Shown here: positions 46,719-57,700 of the stretch, one piece after another
Layout: every line of letters starts with the position of its first letter
Position numbering within the stretch: the first letter of the stretch is position 1
Assembly (NCBI GenBank): GCA_943372495.1
Contig: CALRYV010000032.1
Location: 2,669 to 66,668 of the forward strand
DNA length: 64,000 nucleotides
Origin: Ramlibacter sp. 2FC
GTDB lineage: Bacteria > Pseudomonadota > Gammaproteobacteria > Burkholderiales > Burkholderiaceae_C
Reading direction: 5' to 3'
The notes under the pieces: generated by a model
Databases searched by the model: none
Told to the model about the DNA's origin: nothing
The model's input: the letters and a program-made list of their open reading frames with translations, nothing else
Made by a program: the position numbers and the translations under genes

Positions 46719-48608
46719 ATGTCGGTCGACCGTTCGGACTCCCTGGCCTTGCCAAGGCTGATGGCCGCGGCGATCCATCTGCACCAGCAGGGCCAGATCG
46801 AGCCGGCGCAGGCGCTTTACCGGCAGGTCCTCGCGGTGCAACCGGACCATGCGGACGCCCTCCATCTGCTCGGCGTCGTCGCGGGCCAGACCGGGAATTT
46901 CGCTCACGCTGTCGACCTGATCCGGCGAGCGCTGGCGATCGACACCCGCAATGCCGCTGCCCACAACAACCTTGGCAATGCCCTGCGGGAACTGGGTCTG
47001 CATTCAGAGGCGCTGCAACATCACGACGCAGCGATCGCGCTGGCGGACGGCTTCGCGCAGGCCCACAACGGGCGGGCCATTGCCCTGCACCAGCTGATGA
47101 GGCCGGATGAGGCGCTGCAGAGCTTCGACGAGGCCATCCGGCTGGTGCCGGGATACGTGGAAGCTCATGTGAACCGGGGACTGGTCCTGTTGTCCCTGGA
47201 CCGCCACCAGGATGCCCTCGACTGTTTCGACCACGCCATCCGGTTGGCCCCCCAGGGTGCGGACGCGCACCAGAACCGGGGAGTGGCACTGGTGCGCATG
47301 AAGCGGCTGCCCGAGGCGCTGGAGAGCTTCAACCGGGCCATCGCCATCCATCCGCGGTCGGTGGAGAGTTACCTCGGACGCGCGAATGCCCTCAGGAAGT
47401 TGAACCGGACAGCGCAGGCCGTCCTGGATTACGACCGCGTAATTGCGCTGCGGCCCGACCATGCGCAAGCACATCTCACCCGGGGGAGCGCGTTCCAGGA
47501 GCTCGGAAACGTGGCCGAGGCGCTGCGCTGCTATGAGCTTGCGATTTCGCTCGGGCCCGATGACGCGGAGCCGCACTACAACATGGGAACGCTCCTGCAG
47601 GCGACCGGCAGGCCGCGCGACGCAGTGCTCTGCTACGCGCGGGCCATCGCCATCCGGCCCGACCATGCTGCCGCCCACTGGAACATGAGCCTGTGCCAGC
47701 TGGTGCTGGGAGATTACGGTGCGGGGTGGCCCGAATACGAATGGCGGTCCAGGGTCGAGGGCACCAGTGCGCACAGGAATCGGCGCGATTTCCCGCAACC
47801 CCTGTGGGACGGGAGCCAAACCGTCCAGGGCAAGAGGATCCTGCTGTACGGGGAACAGGGATACGGCGACACGGTCCAGTTCTGTCGCTTCGCAACGCTG
47901 CTGGCCCGCCGTGGGGCCAGGGTCCTGGTGGAAGTCGCCCCGGCCTTGCAGGAACTCATCGCGACGGTCGAGGGCGTCAGCGAAGTGATTGTCAGGGGCA
48001 GCGCCTTGCCGGCTTTCGACATGCATTGCCCCCTCATGAGTCTGCCCGCTGCATTTCGCACGACCTTGGCGTCGCTGCCCGCGCCCCGGTCCTACCTTGG
48101 CGTTGGCGAGCAGCGGTTGACGCACTGGCGGGCGCGGATCGGCGCGCGGTCGAAGCCTCGCGTCGGAATTGCCTGGAGCGGCAATCCGGCCCACGTCAAT
48201 GACCCGAACCGAAGCATTCCCCTGGAGCAGATGGCAACATTGCTGTCGCCGGCGCTGGATTTCTTCAGCCTGCAGAAGGATGTCCGCGAGGCGGATCTGA
48301 AGGCCTTGCGTGCGCTCCATGAGATCCAAGATTTCAGCGCCGGCCTCGAGAGCTTTTCAGACACCGCGGCGTTGATCCAGCAGATGGATCTGGTCATCAG
48401 CGTCGATACGAGCGTCGCCCACCTGGCCGGGGCGCTGGGCAAGCGCGTCTGGATCCTGCTGCCGTCGGTGCCGGACTGGCGCTGGATGCTGGACCGGGAG
48501 GACTCTCCCTGGTATCCCAGTGCCAGACTGTTCCGGCAGGGTCGGCCCGGTGACTGGGCGGGTGTCCTGCGAAACGTGCAGGACGCGCTCAAGAGCTTGG
48601 CGTGGTGA
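46719..48608 (+). CDS. tetratricopeptide-repeat protein with C-terminal GT9-like (heptosyltransferase-fold) glycosyltransferase domain
   Basis: About ten TPR units of 34 residues (for example AEALRCYELAISLGPDDAEPHYNMGTLLQATGR) are followed by ILLYGEQGYGDTVQFCRF...GIAWSGNP...VISVDTSVAHLAGALGKRVWILLP. Third codon positions are visibly less G/C-biased than in neighbouring genes. Confidence 0.8.
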   Translation: MSVDRSDSLALPRLMAAAIHLHQQGQIEPAQALYRQVLAVQPDHADALHLLGVVAGQTGNFAHAVDLIRRALAIDTRNAAAHNNLGNALRELGLHSEALQHHDAAIALADGFAQAHNGRAIALHQLMRPDEALQSFDEAIRLVPGYVEAHVNRGLVLLSLDRHQDALDCFDHAIRLAPQGADAHQNRGVALVRMKRLPEALESFNRAIAIHPRSVESYLGRANALRKLNRTAQAVLDYDRVIALRPDHAQAHLTRGSAFQELGNVAEALRCYELAISLGPDDAEPHYNMGTLLQATGRPRDAVLCYARAIAIRPDHAAAHWNMSLCQLVLGDYGAGWPEYEWRSRVEGTSAHRNRRDFPQPLWDGSQTVQGKRILLYGEQGYGDTVQFCRFATLLARRGARVLVEVAPALQELIATVEGVSEVIVRGSALPAFDMHCPLMSLPAAFRTTLASLPAPRSYLGVGEQRLTHWRARIGARSKPRVGIAWSGNPAHVNDPNRSIPLEQMATLLSPALDFFSLQKDVREADLKALRALHEIQDFSAGLESFSDTAALIQQMDLVISVDTSVAHLAGALGKRVWILLPSVPDWRWMLDREDSPWYPSARLFRQGRPGDWAGVLRNVQDALKSLAW

Positions 48609-48618
48609 GCGGCCGGCC

Positions 48619-49155
48619 TCAGCGCCGGCGCGCGATCACGCCGCAGGCCAGCCGCGGCCCGGCATTGCCGGTGGGCTGGGTGGTGAAGTCGTCGGCGTCG
48701 CGGTGCACGATCAGTGCCTTGCCCGCGACGTCGCTGTCGCCGCCGTCCACCGAGATGCTGGCCGATTCGAAGCTGAAGCGCGCGACCCCGGCGGCGTCCG
48801 CCTGCAGGCTGGGCAGGTCGCCGGTGTGGTGCATGCCGGCCGCATGGCGGCCGTGCGGCTGGCCGGTCGGGTTGAAGTGGCCGCCGGCGCTCATGCCGTC
48901 GCCGCTGCTGCAGTCGCCCTTTTCGTGCACATGGAAGCCGTGCTGGGCGTTGGGCTTGAGGCCGCGCACTTCACCCTGCACCAGGACCCTGGGGCCGATC
49001 TTGGTGAAGTTCACGCTGCCGCTGGTGCTGCTGCCGGTGGTCGGCGCCAGCACCCCGATCGCGCGCGGGCCGGCGCCGGTGGGGCCGCTGGCGCAGCCGG
49101 CGGCCACGGCGGCGACGCCGGCCAGCGCCATCAGGGAAAGTCGTCGAAGGGTCAT
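48619..49155 (-). CDS. sodC: Cu/Zn superoxide dismutase (periplasmic, lipoprotein-type signal)
   Basis: The lipobox is LAGVAAVAAGC. The copper and zinc ligand regions are GFHVHEKGDC, GGHFNP and HHTGDLP. The C-terminal region is LIVHRDADDF...GNAGPRLACGVI. Confidence 0.9.
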   Translation of the reverse strand: MTLRRLSLMALAGVAAVAAGCASGPTGAGPRAIGVLAPTTGSSTSGSVNFTKIGPRVLVQGEVRGLKPNAQHGFHVHEKGDCSSGDGMSAGGHFNPTGQPHGRHAAGMHHTGDLPSLQADAAGVARFSFESASISVDGGDSDVAGKALIVHRDADDFTTQPTGNAGPRLACGVIARRR

Positions 49156-49850
49156 GGGAGGTCTCCAGTGGGGGGTGGTCCGTCCGGCGGCCGCGCCGAG
49201 CGCAGCAGCCGCTCCAGCGCGCGGTCGCGGATGTTGTGGCGGCGCAGTTCGTCCAGCGTGGCCTGCACGTAGTCCAGGGTGGTGCCGTAGATCCCCGTCG
49301 ATTGTTCGAAGATGCGCCGGTACTCGGCTTCAGCCAGCACGCCGGTGTGGCTCGGGCTCTTGCGCGACAGGGTGAAGGCCAGCGCCCGCACCGGGCCGTG
49401 GGTGGTGTGGCAGACCAGGAACTTCGGGTCGTAGACCGCGGTGACCATCTCGCGCTTCCACAGCCGCGCCAGCGTCGCCTGGCCTTCGTGTTTCGGGATC
49501 CGGAACACCATGCCCTGGCAGCTGCCGCCGGACAGCATGCCGAACACCAGGCCCGGGCATTCCGGCGTGCCGCGGTTGATCCGGCTCCACATCTTCAGCG
49601 CCCGGTGCCAGCCATGGACCCGCGCCGGCCGCCGCTCCGCGAACTCGAACTCCGGCCGCCAGATCAGCGACGCGTAGCCGAACACCCACAGGTCGCTGTG
49701 GCCGCCCCAGTCGCGCAGGGTTTTCTCCAGCAGGGGCTGGGGGTCGCGCACGGGCTTGGGGCTGTCCCATGATGCCCCCACGCCCGTCAGGGGCGGGCTG
49801 CCCCCCGCGGGGGCGTTCGCTTGCTTGAAGCGGTTCTGCGCTGCGCTCAT
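49152..49850 (-). CDS. chaC: ChaC-family gamma-glutamylcyclotransferase (glutathione-specific)
   Basis: LWVFGYASLIWRP...RVHGWHRALKMWS...GTPECPGLVFGM... There is an ATGA overlap with the sodC start. The start is uncertain: the ATG at 49850 puts repeat copy B inside the CDS, while the GTG at 49751 would leave it in the 5' UTR. Confidence 0.8.
   Translation of the reverse strand: MSAAQNRFKQANAPAGGSPPLTGVGASWDSPKPVRDPQPLLEKTLRDWGGHSDLWVFGYASLIWRPEFEFAERRPARVHGWHRALKMWSRINRGTPECPGLVFGMLSGGSCQGMVFRIPKHEGQATLARLWKREMVTAVYDPKFLVCHTTHGPVRALAFTLSRKSPSHTGVLAEAEYRRIFEQSTGIYGTTLDYVQATLDELRRHNIRDRALERLLRSARPPDGPPPTGDLP
49774..49820. repeat. GC-rich repeat unit, copy B (chaC 5' end / chaC-edd divergent region)
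   Basis: GCCCCCACGC-(14 nt)-CTGCCCCCCGCGGGGGCGTTCGC; see copy A at 26561-26613. Confidence 0.7.
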
Positions 49851-49899
49851 GCCATGACTTTACCGGTAGGATCGGTTTCAGACTCTGGAACCCATTCGC

Positions 49900-51765
49900 A
49901 TGAAACTCGATCCCGCGGTGGCCGCCGTCACCGACCGCATCCGCCAGCGCAGCGCCCCCGCGCGCAGTGCCTACCTCAGCCTGGTGGAGCAGGCGGCGGG
50001 GCGGGACCGCGGCGCCGACCGGCTCGGCTGCGCCAACGTCGCCCACGCCTTCGCCGGGCTGCCCGCCAACGACAAGTTCAAGGTGGTGGTCGAGCGCGCG
50101 CCCAACATCGCCATCGTCAACGCCTACAACGACATGCTGTCGGCCCATACGCCGCTGGGCGCCTATCCGGATTTCATCAAGGACGAGGCGCGTCGCCACG
50201 GCGCCACGGCGCAGGTGGCCGGCGGCGTGCCGGCGATGTGCGACGGCGTCACCCAGGGCACGCCGGGGATGGAGCTGAGCCTGTTCAGCCGCGATGCCAT
50301 TGCGATGGCGACGGCGGTGTCGCTGAGCCACGACGTGTTCGACGCGGCGCTGATGCTCGGTGTCTGCGACAAGATCGTGCCCGGCCTGCTGATCGGCGCC
50401 CTGCATTTCGGCCACCTGCCCACGGTGTTCGTCCCGGCCGGGCCGATGCCCAGCGGGCTGTCCAACAACGACAAGTCGAAGGTGCGCGAGCTGGCCGCGC
50501 AAGGCAAGGTGGGGCGCGCCGAACTGCTGAAAGCGGAGCAGGAGGCGTACCACGCGCCCGGCACCTGCACCTTCTACGGCACGGCCAACAGCAACCAGAT
50601 GCTGCTGGAAGCCATGGGCCTGCACGTGCCCGGCACCGCGTTCGTCAATCCCGGCAACGAGCTGCGCGAGCAGCTCACGCGGGAAGCGGCGCGCACCGTG
50701 CTGGAGATCGTGAAGGCGAAGCGGTTCACACCCATCGGTCGCCTCGTGGACGAACGCGCCATCGTCAACGCGATGTGCGCGCTGCTGGCCACCGGCGGCT
50801 CGACCAACCACCTGATCCACTGGGTGGCGGTGGCGCGGTCGGCCGGCATCACCATCGACTGGGACGACTTCGCCCAGCTGTCGGCGGCCGTGCCCCTGTT
50901 GGCCCGGGTCTATCCGAACGGCAGCGCCGACGTCAACCAGTTCCAGGCCGCAGGCGGCCCGGGCTTCGTGATCCGCGAACTGCTCGACGCCGGCCTGATG
51001 CACGAGGACGTGCTCACGGTGCGCGCAGGCGGCATCCGCGAATTCACGCGCGAGCCGGTGCTGCTGCCCGACCTGCCGGGCAAGGACGAGGGCGGCGAAC
51101 TGCAATGGACCGACATCGGCCCGTCCCGCGAACCGGCGATCGTGCGGCCGGCGTCCGACCCGTTCAGCGCCACCGGCGGCCTGAAGCTCCTCACCGGCAA
51201 CCTGGGCCGCAGCGTGATCAAGATCTCCGCGGTCCCGGCCGACCGCCATGTGATCGAGGCGCCGGCGCGGGTGTTCGACAGCCAGGACGAACTGCTCCGG
51301 GCCTTCTCCGCCGGCGAGCTGGAACGCGCCTGCGCCGCCACGCCCGCCAACGGCATGGTGTGCGTGGTGCGCTGGCAGGGCCCGCAGGCCAACGGCATGC
51401 CGGAGCTGCACAAGCTGACGCCGCCGCTGGCGGTGCTGCAGGGCCAGGGCTATCGGGTGGCGCTGGTCACCGACGGCCGCATGAGCGGCGCGTCGGGCAA
51501 GGTGCCGGCCGCGATCCACGTCTCGCCCGAAGCCGCCGCCGGCGGTCCGCTGGCGAAGCTGCGCGATGGCGACGTCGTGCGCCTCGATGCCGAGGCCGGC
51601 ACATTGCAGGCACTGGTGCCGCAGGCCGAATGGGCCGCCCGGCCAACGGCGCCGATGCCCGAAGCGCTGCGCGCCGCCAACGCCCAGGGCATGGGCCGCG
51701 AGCTGTTCGGCGTGTTCCGCCGCAATGCGCTGGTCGCCGAAGAAGGAGCCTGCTCATGGCTGTGA
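49900..51765 (+). CDS. edd: phosphogluconate dehydratase (Entner-Doudoroff)
   Basis: [26 protein letters not shown]...[14 protein letters not shown]...[13 protein letters not shown]...[11 protein letters not shown] are IlvD/Edd family motifs. It is followed by eda. Confidence 0.95.
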   Translation: MKLDPAVAAVTDRIRQRSAPARSAYLSLVEQAAGRDRGADRLGCANVAHAFAGLPANDKFKVVVERAPNIAIVNAYNDMLSAHTPLGAYPDFIKDEARRHGATAQVAGGVPAMCDGVTQGTPGMELSLFSRDAIAMATAVSLSHDVFDAALMLGVCDKIVPGLLIGALHFGHLPTVFVPAGPMPSGLSNNDKSKVRELAAQGKVGRAELLKAEQEAYHAPGTCTFYGTANSNQMLLEAMGLHVPGTAFVNPGNELREQLTREAARTVLEIVKAKRFTPIGRLVDERAIVNAMCALLATGGSTNHLIHWVAVARSAGITIDWDDFAQLSAAVPLLARVYPNGSADVNQFQAAGGPGFVIRELLDAGLMHEDVLTVRAGGIREFTREPVLLPDLPGKDEGGELQWTDIGPSREPAIVRPASDPFSATGGLKLLTGNLGRSVIKISAVPADRHVIEAPARVFDSQDELLRAFSAGELERACAATPANGMVCVVRWQGPQANGMPELHKLTPPLAVLQGQGYRVALVTDGRMSGASGKVPAAIHVSPEAAAGGPLAKLRDGDVVRLDAEAGTLQALVPQAEWAARPTAPMPEALRAANAQGMGRELFGVFRRNALVAEEGACSWL

Positions 51766-51771
51766 CCCCCA

Positions 51772-51821
51772 CCGTTCGGGCTGAGCCCTTCGACGGAGCT
51801 CAGGACAGGCCTGTCGAAGCC
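51772..51821. repeat. REP-like palindromic element (copy 2) between edd and eda
   Basis: CCGTTCGGGCTGAGC (51772-51786) is followed by CTTCGAC (51788-51794) ... GTCGAAG (51813-51819). These are the same sequence modules as the element at 31847-31944. Confidence 0.65.
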
Positions 51822-51839
51822 TTGACCGCCTTGCAGGTG

Positions 51840-52481
51840 ATGGGCGATGCGCCGGTGATCCCGGTGATCGTGCTCACCGACATCGCGCATGCGGTGCCGC
51901 TGGCGCGCGCGCTGGTGGCCGGCGGCATCCGGATGCTGGAGGTGACGCTGCGCACGCCGGTGGCGCTGGCCTGCATCGAGCGCATCGCGAAGGAAGTTCC
52001 GCAGGCGGTGGTCGGCGCCGGCACGGTGCGCAGCGGCTCCGATGCCCAGGCCGCCGCGATGGCCGGCGCCCGCTTCGCGGTCAGCCCGGGCTACAGCCAC
52101 GCCATCGGCAAGGCCTGCCACGACCTGGGCCTGCCCTTGCTGCCCGGCGTGGCCACCGGCAGCGAAATCCTGGCGGCGCAGGAGGACGGCTACAGCGAGC
52201 TGAAGTTCTTCCCGGCGCTGCAGGCCGGCGGCACGGCCATGCTCAAGGCCTGGCAGGGGCCGTTCGGCGACGTCCGGTTCTGCCCTACCGGCGGCATCAG
52301 CACTGCCAACGCCGCAGAGTTCCTGGCGCTGGCCAACGTGGTGTGCGTGGGCGGTTCCTGGCTGACGCCGGCCGACGCGGTCGCGCAGGGCGACTGGGGG
52401 CGCATCACGGAGCTGGCGCAGCAAGCCGCGCGCCTGCCTCAGCCGGCTTCGCCCTTGCGCTCGATCAGCTCGATCTTGTAG
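51840..52481 (+). CDS. eda: 2-dehydro-3-deoxy-phosphogluconate (KDPG) aldolase
   Basis: [36 protein letters not shown]...VVGAGTV...LKFFPA (Schiff-base Lys)...FCPTGGI. The start is uncertain; candidates are 51757, 51822, 51837 and 51840. I chose one downstream of the REP element. The 3' end overlaps convergent gloA by 43 nt. Confidence 0.85.
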   Translation: MGDAPVIPVIVLTDIAHAVPLARALVAGGIRMLEVTLRTPVALACIERIAKEVPQAVVGAGTVRSGSDAQAAAMAGARFAVSPGYSHAIGKACHDLGLPLLPGVATGSEILAAQEDGYSELKFFPALQAGGTAMLKAWQGPFGDVRFCPTGGISTANAAEFLALANVVCVGGSWLTPADAVAQGDWGRITELAQQAARLPQPASPLRSISSIL

Positions 52482-52834
52482 CCGTCCGGGTCGGTGACGA
52501 AGGCGATCACCGTGTTGCCGCCCTTGACCGGGCCCGGCTCGCGCGTGATGTTGCCGCCGCCGGCGCGGATCCGGTCGCACGCCGCATAGACGTCCGGGAC
52601 GCCCAGCGCGATGTGGCCGTAGGCCGTGCCCAGCTCGTAGCTGTCGACGCCGTGGTTGTAGGTCAGCTCGATCTCGGCATGGTCCGGGTTGGTGCCGTAG
52701 CCGACGAACGCCAGCGAGTATTTCTGCTCGGGCCGCTCGGTGGTGCGCAGCAGTTTCATGCCGAGCACCTTGGTGTAGAAATCGATCGAGCGTTGCAGCT
52801 CGCCGACGCGAAGCATGGTGTGGAGGAGTCGCAT
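52439..52834 (-). CDS. gloA: lactoylglutathione lyase (glyoxalase I)
   Basis: [47 protein letters not shown]...HIALGV...[14 protein letters not shown]. Confidence 0.9.
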   Translation of the reverse strand: MRLLHTMLRVGELQRSIDFYTKVLGMKLLRTTERPEQKYSLAFVGYGTNPDHAEIELTYNHGVDSYELGTAYGHIALGVPDVYAACDRIRAGGGNITREPGPVKGGNTVIAFVTDPDGYKIELIERKGEAG

Positions 52835-52930
52835 GGCGCCATTATCTGCAGTATCGGCATGCGCCTACGCGGCTTGCTGCAGAACTAGCCCATCATTCCG
52901 CAGCCCGCCAGACCCGGCAATACTTCACTC

Positions 52931-54733
52931 ATGCCCCGCCTGATCCCTTCCTGCCTGTTGCCGTCGCTGGCCGTCCTGGCCCTGCTGCTGCCGCCGGCGT
53001 CGCTGGCGCAGCCGGCGCCACCCGGGCCGTCGTTCGACCTCGAGATCCGTTCCCCGGCGCCGGCCAGGGAGCTGCTGGAGCGGCACCTGGAACTGGGCCG
53101 CTACCGCGAGGTGCCCGACCTGGACGACGCCGAACTGGCCCGGCTGGTCACGCTGGCCGAACGCGACGCCCGCGAGCTGCTGGGCACGCTGGGCTACTTC
53201 AGCCCGACGATCGGCATCACGCGCGAGCCCGGCGCCCGGCCGAAACTGGTGGTGGCCGTGGAACTGGGCGAGAAGACGGTGGTGCGCGAGGTCGACATCG
53301 GTTTCGACGGCGCGATCGCCGCCGCTTCGGACCCGGACACGGTGGCACAACGCGAAGGCATCCGCGGCGGCTGGGGCCTGCCGGTCGGCCAGGGCTTCAC
53401 CCAGGGCGCCTGGGACGATGCCAAGTCCCAGGCCCTGCGCCGGCTCGGGGCCAAGCGCTTCCTGGCCGGCCGGATCAGCGACAGCAGCGCCGACATCGAC
53501 GCCGCCGGCAACCGCGCGGCCCTCGGCCTGCGGCTCGATTCCGGCCCGGTGTACCGGCTCGGCGAGCTGCAGGTGACCGGCGTCGAGCGCTACGACCCGC
53601 GGCTGGTGCCGCGGCTGGCGCGGCTGCCGGCCGGCAGCGAATACGACCGCGACCAGGCGGTCCAGGCCCAGCTGCGGCTGACCGGCAGCGGCTACTACGA
53701 CTCGGCCTTCATCTACGTCGACCCGGAAGGCGACCCGGCCGCCGCGCCGGTGCAGGTGACGGTGCGCGAAGCGAAGCTGCAGAAGCTGGTGCTGGGTGTC
53801 GGCGTGACGTCCGACAGCGGCGCCCGCCTGTCGGTGGAACACACCCACAACCGGCTGCCGGCGATCGGCTGGCGGGCCCACACGTCGTTCCAGGTCGACC
53901 GCAAGGCGCCGTTCCTGCAGTCCGAATGGACCACCATCCCCGACGATGAAGGCTGGCGCTGGAGCGTGCTGGGCCGCGTGGAGCGCCTCGAGGACGGCGA
54001 TCTGCTGACCCAGGGCCGGCGGCTGCGGGTCGGCCGCTTCCGTTCCGAGGACCGGATCGACCGCAACTACTACGTGCAGTACGACCGGGCCCGGGTGCGC
54101 AGCCAGTCGGGCCTGCCGCTCAGCGCCGCCGAGTCCGGCGTCGGCTCGGCGCTGAGCGCCAACTATGTGTGGACCGGGCGTTACTTCGACACCCTGCCGA
54201 CGCCGTCCAGCGGCTACGGCCTCGGCGTGGAGCTGGGCGGCGGCGTCACCCTGGATGGCAGCCGCGCCCTGTTCCAGCGCACCCAGCTGCGCTGGATCGG
54301 CCTGCGGCCGCTGGCGCGCGGCCGGCTGCAGCTGCGGGCCGAGGCCGGCGCCGTGCTGGCCAAGGCGTCGGCGCAACTGCCGGCCACCCAGCTGTTTCGC
54401 ACCGGCGGCGACACCACGGTGCGCGGCTACGGCTTTCGCGAGATCGGGGTCGCGTTGCCCAACGGCGAGGTTGGTCCCGGCCGCTACCTGGCCGTGGGCA
54501 GCGTGGAGCTGCAGCGGCCGATCCGGCGCGGCGGCGTCGACAGCGATTTCGACAGCCTGCTGTTCGTCGATGCCGGCGCCGTGGCCAACAAGGTCAGCGA
54601 ACTGCGCGCCGTGGTCGGCATCGGCACCGGCGTGCGCTGGCGCAGCCCGATCGGCCCGGTCGTCGCGGCCCTGGCCTACGGCGTGAAGCCGCGCAAGCTG
54701 CGCCTGCACTTTTCCGTGGGGTTCCAGTTTTGA
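52931..54733 (+). CDS. tamA: translocation and assembly module outer-membrane component TamA (Omp85/BamA family)
   Basis: A signal peptide and POTRA-like repeats are followed by a C-terminal beta-barrel that ends ...LAYGVKPRKLRLHFSVGFQF, with a terminal aromatic residue. It lies upstream of tamB. Confidence 0.85.
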   Translation: MPRLIPSCLLPSLAVLALLLPPASLAQPAPPGPSFDLEIRSPAPARELLERHLELGRYREVPDLDDAELARLVTLAERDARELLGTLGYFSPTIGITREPGARPKLVVAVELGEKTVVREVDIGFDGAIAAASDPDTVAQREGIRGGWGLPVGQGFTQGAWDDAKSQALRRLGAKRFLAGRISDSSADIDAAGNRAALGLRLDSGPVYRLGELQVTGVERYDPRLVPRLARLPAGSEYDRDQAVQAQLRLTGSGYYDSAFIYVDPEGDPAAAPVQVTVREAKLQKLVLGVGVTSDSGARLSVEHTHNRLPAIGWRAHTSFQVDRKAPFLQSEWTTIPDDEGWRWSVLGRVERLEDGDLLTQGRRLRVGRFRSEDRIDRNYYVQYDRARVRSQSGLPLSAAESGVGSALSANYVWTGRYFDTLPTPSSGYGLGVELGGGVTLDGSRALFQRTQLRWIGLRPLARGRLQLRAEAGAVLAKASAQLPATQLFRTGGDTTVRGYGFREIGVALPNGEVGPGRYLAVGSVELQRPIRRGGVDSDFDSLLFVDAGAVANKVSELRAVVGIGTGVRWRSPIGPVVAALAYGVKPRKLRLHFSVGFQF

Positions 54734-57700
54734 GCCGCATCCTGGCCGGGACCGCCAGGATCGTCGCGATCCTGTTGCTGGTGCTGCTGGTGGCGCTGTC
54801 GCTGCTGTCGGCGGGCATCTGGTGGTGGTCGGGCACCGACGGCTCGCTGGCCTGGGCGCTGCAGCGGGTCGCGATCTGGCAGCCGGTCGCGGCCGAAGGC
54901 GTCACCGGCTCGCTGCGCTCGGGGCTGCGAATCCGGCGGCTGGTGTGGGAGCAGGGCGCCCTGCGCGTGGAGGCCGGCGACGTGCGGATCGAATGGAGTC
55001 CGCTGTCGCTGCTGGCGCGCGAACTGCACCTGCGCCAGTTCACCGCCGCCAGTGTCCAGGTGACGGACCGGCGCCCGCCGCAACCCGGGCCGCGGACGCC
55101 GCCGCAGTCGATCGACCCGGGGCTGCAGCTGACGCTGGACCAGGTCGCGATCGGCCGCCTGCGGTATGACGGTGCGACGGTGCTGGAGGCCGGCGACCTG
55201 GCCGGCGACTACATCTTCAACGGCCGCCAGCATCTGCTGCGCATCCAGGCCCTGACGGTCGGCTCGGGCCGCTACCAGGGCCGCGCCACGGTCGGCGCCA
55301 CGGGCCCGATGGCGGTCGACGCCAGCGTGCAGGGCACGGTGACCACGTCGGTGCCGGGCAGCACGGCCACCGTGCCGCTGGCGTTCACGGGCGCGATCAA
55401 GGGGCCGCTGGCGCGGCTGCAGGCGCAGGCGCAGGTGGCGGTCGCCGGCGGGCCGCAGCCGGCCTCGCCCCCGGGCGCGACGGTCACCGCGGTGCTCACG
55501 CCCTGGGCCGCCCAGCCGTTGCCGCAGGCGCAGGCCCGGCTGCAGGCGCTGGACCTGCACGCCTTCTGGGCCCAGTCGCCGCAGACCCAGCTGTCCGGCG
55601 TCGTCAGCGTGCAGCCCGCCGGCACCGCCACCTGGGCGCTGGAAGCTCAACTCAGCAACGCGCAAGCCGGCCCCTGGGACGCCGGCCGCCTGCCGCTTGG
55701 GCAGGTGAAGGCCGCGGGCCAGTGGCGGGACGGCACGGCGCTGGTGCGCAGCCTGCAGGCCGAACTGGGCGGCGGCAGCCTGCAGGCCGAGGGGCGCTGG
55801 TCCGGCGCCACCGGCTGGACCGTCGACGGCAGCCTGCGCAACGTCGATCCGGCGGCCTTGCACAGCAAGCTGGCGGCAACCGCGGTCGGCGGCACGGTGC
55901 AGGCGCGCCAGGACGGCAAGGCAATCGCTTTCGAGCTGGCGCTGCAATCCGACGGCAAGGTCCGCGCCGCCCCCAGGCCCAAAACAGGCGGGGTGGCGCC
56001 GGACCTGCGCGAACTGACGGCCACGGGCAGCTGGGACGACGGCGTGCTGACGCTGCCGGCGCTGCTGCTGCGCACCAGCGACGCTTCGCTGCGCGGGTCG
56101 GTCAAGGCCCGGCCCGCCACGCGCTCGGGCGGCGGCAGCCTGCAGTTGCAGGCGCCGGGACTGCAGGCCAAGGCGGACGGCGAGATCGCCGAAGCGCGCG
56201 GCGGCGGCACGTTGAGCCTGCGCGCCAGCGACCTGGCCCAGGCCCAGCGCTGGCTGCAGGCGTGGCCGTTCGTGCCGGCGGCCGTCAGCGCGTGGCGTGC
56301 CGGCGGCCAGGCCACGCTGGACGGCAGCTGGCAGGGCGGCTGGAAGGACCCCGCGGTGCAGGCCAGCCTGGCGGCGCCGCTGCTGACCCTGCAGCCTGCT
56401 GCGGCGGCAGGCAGCGTCGCCGCGCAGCCCTGGACGGTGCGCAATGCGCGCGCCAGCGTCAACGGCCGGCTGAGCGACGCGGCGCTGGAACTGCAGGCCG
56501 GCGCCGAGCAGGGCCAGCGCCGCGTCTCGCTGGAGCTGGCCGGCCGCGGCGGCCTGGCCGGCGCGGCCTGGCGGGCGCGGATCGCGAAGCTGCAACTGGC
56601 GGCGCAGGACCCGGCGCTCGGCGCGGGGCAGTGGCGGATCGCGCTGCGCGAGGGCGTCGATGCGCGCTGGGTGGCCGGCCGGCTGGAGGTCGATGCCGGC
56701 CAGGCCGTGCTCACGGCGCCGACCCCCGCGGGCGCCACGGCATCCCAGGCCCAGCTGGCCTGGGATCCGGTGCGCTGGGGCGGCGGCGAACTGCAGACGG
56801 CCGGCCGCCTCACCGGCCTGCCGATGGCGTGGATCGAACTGGCCGGCGGTCCGCAACTGGCCGGGTCGGCATTGACCGGCAACCTGGTGTTCGATGCGCA
56901 ATGGGATGCGCGGCTGGGCGCCGGGTTGCGCGTCGATGCCAGCCTGGTGCGCAGCGGCGGCGACATCACCGTGCAGGTGGAAAACGCCGAAGGCGCCGCC
57001 ACCCGGGTGGCGGCCGGCGTGCGCACGGCGAAGCTGACGCTGCAGGGCCGCGACGGCGCGATGACCGTCGGCCTGGAATGGGACAGCGAGCGCGCCGGCA
57101 GCGCCCGCGGCACGGTGCAGACCGCGCTGGTGCTCGGCGGCCCGGCCGGCTGGAGCTGGCCCGCCGACGCCCAGGTCAGCGGCAAGCTGCAGGCGCAGCT
57201 GCCGCGGCTGGCGGTGTGGTCGCTGCTGGCGCCGCCGGGCTGGCGGCTGCGCGGCTCGCTGGCGGCCGACGCCACGGTCAGCGGCGCGCGCTCCGACCCG
57301 CAATTTTCCGGCACCATCCGCGCCGACGAACTGGCCTTGCGCTCGGTGGTCGACGGCGTCGAACTGCACAACGGCTTGCTGCGCGCGCGGCTCGAGGGCC
57401 AGCGGTTCGTGGTGGAGGAATTCGTGCTGCGCGGCGCCGGGCCGGGCGGCGCCGGCGGCAGCCTGGTGGCCAGCGGCGAGGGGCGCTGGGAGGGCGGCGT
57501 GCCGCAACTGCAGGCCAAGGCCGAACTGACGAAGCTGCGCGCCAGCATCCGCAGCGACCGCGAGCTCACCGTCTCGGGCCAGCTGACGGCGACGCTCACG
57601 CCCAAGGGCGGCACCATTCGCGGCAAGCTGGCGGTGGACCAGGCGCGCATCGTCATCCCCGACGAGACCGCGCCCAGGCTAGGCCAGGACGTGTTCGTGC

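Noticed and set aside
49821-52481. An 886-aa plus-strand ORF apparently spanning edd and eda.
   Set aside because: Its first ~640 codons are an out-of-frame shadow of edd. Only the C-terminal ~213 codons correspond to KDPG aldolase.
52439-52481. A 43-nt convergent overlap of the eda and gloA 3' ends.
   Set aside because: The most likely cause is a late stop codon in GC-rich DNA extending the eda frame past its conserved C-terminus. There is no evidence of functional antisense regulation.
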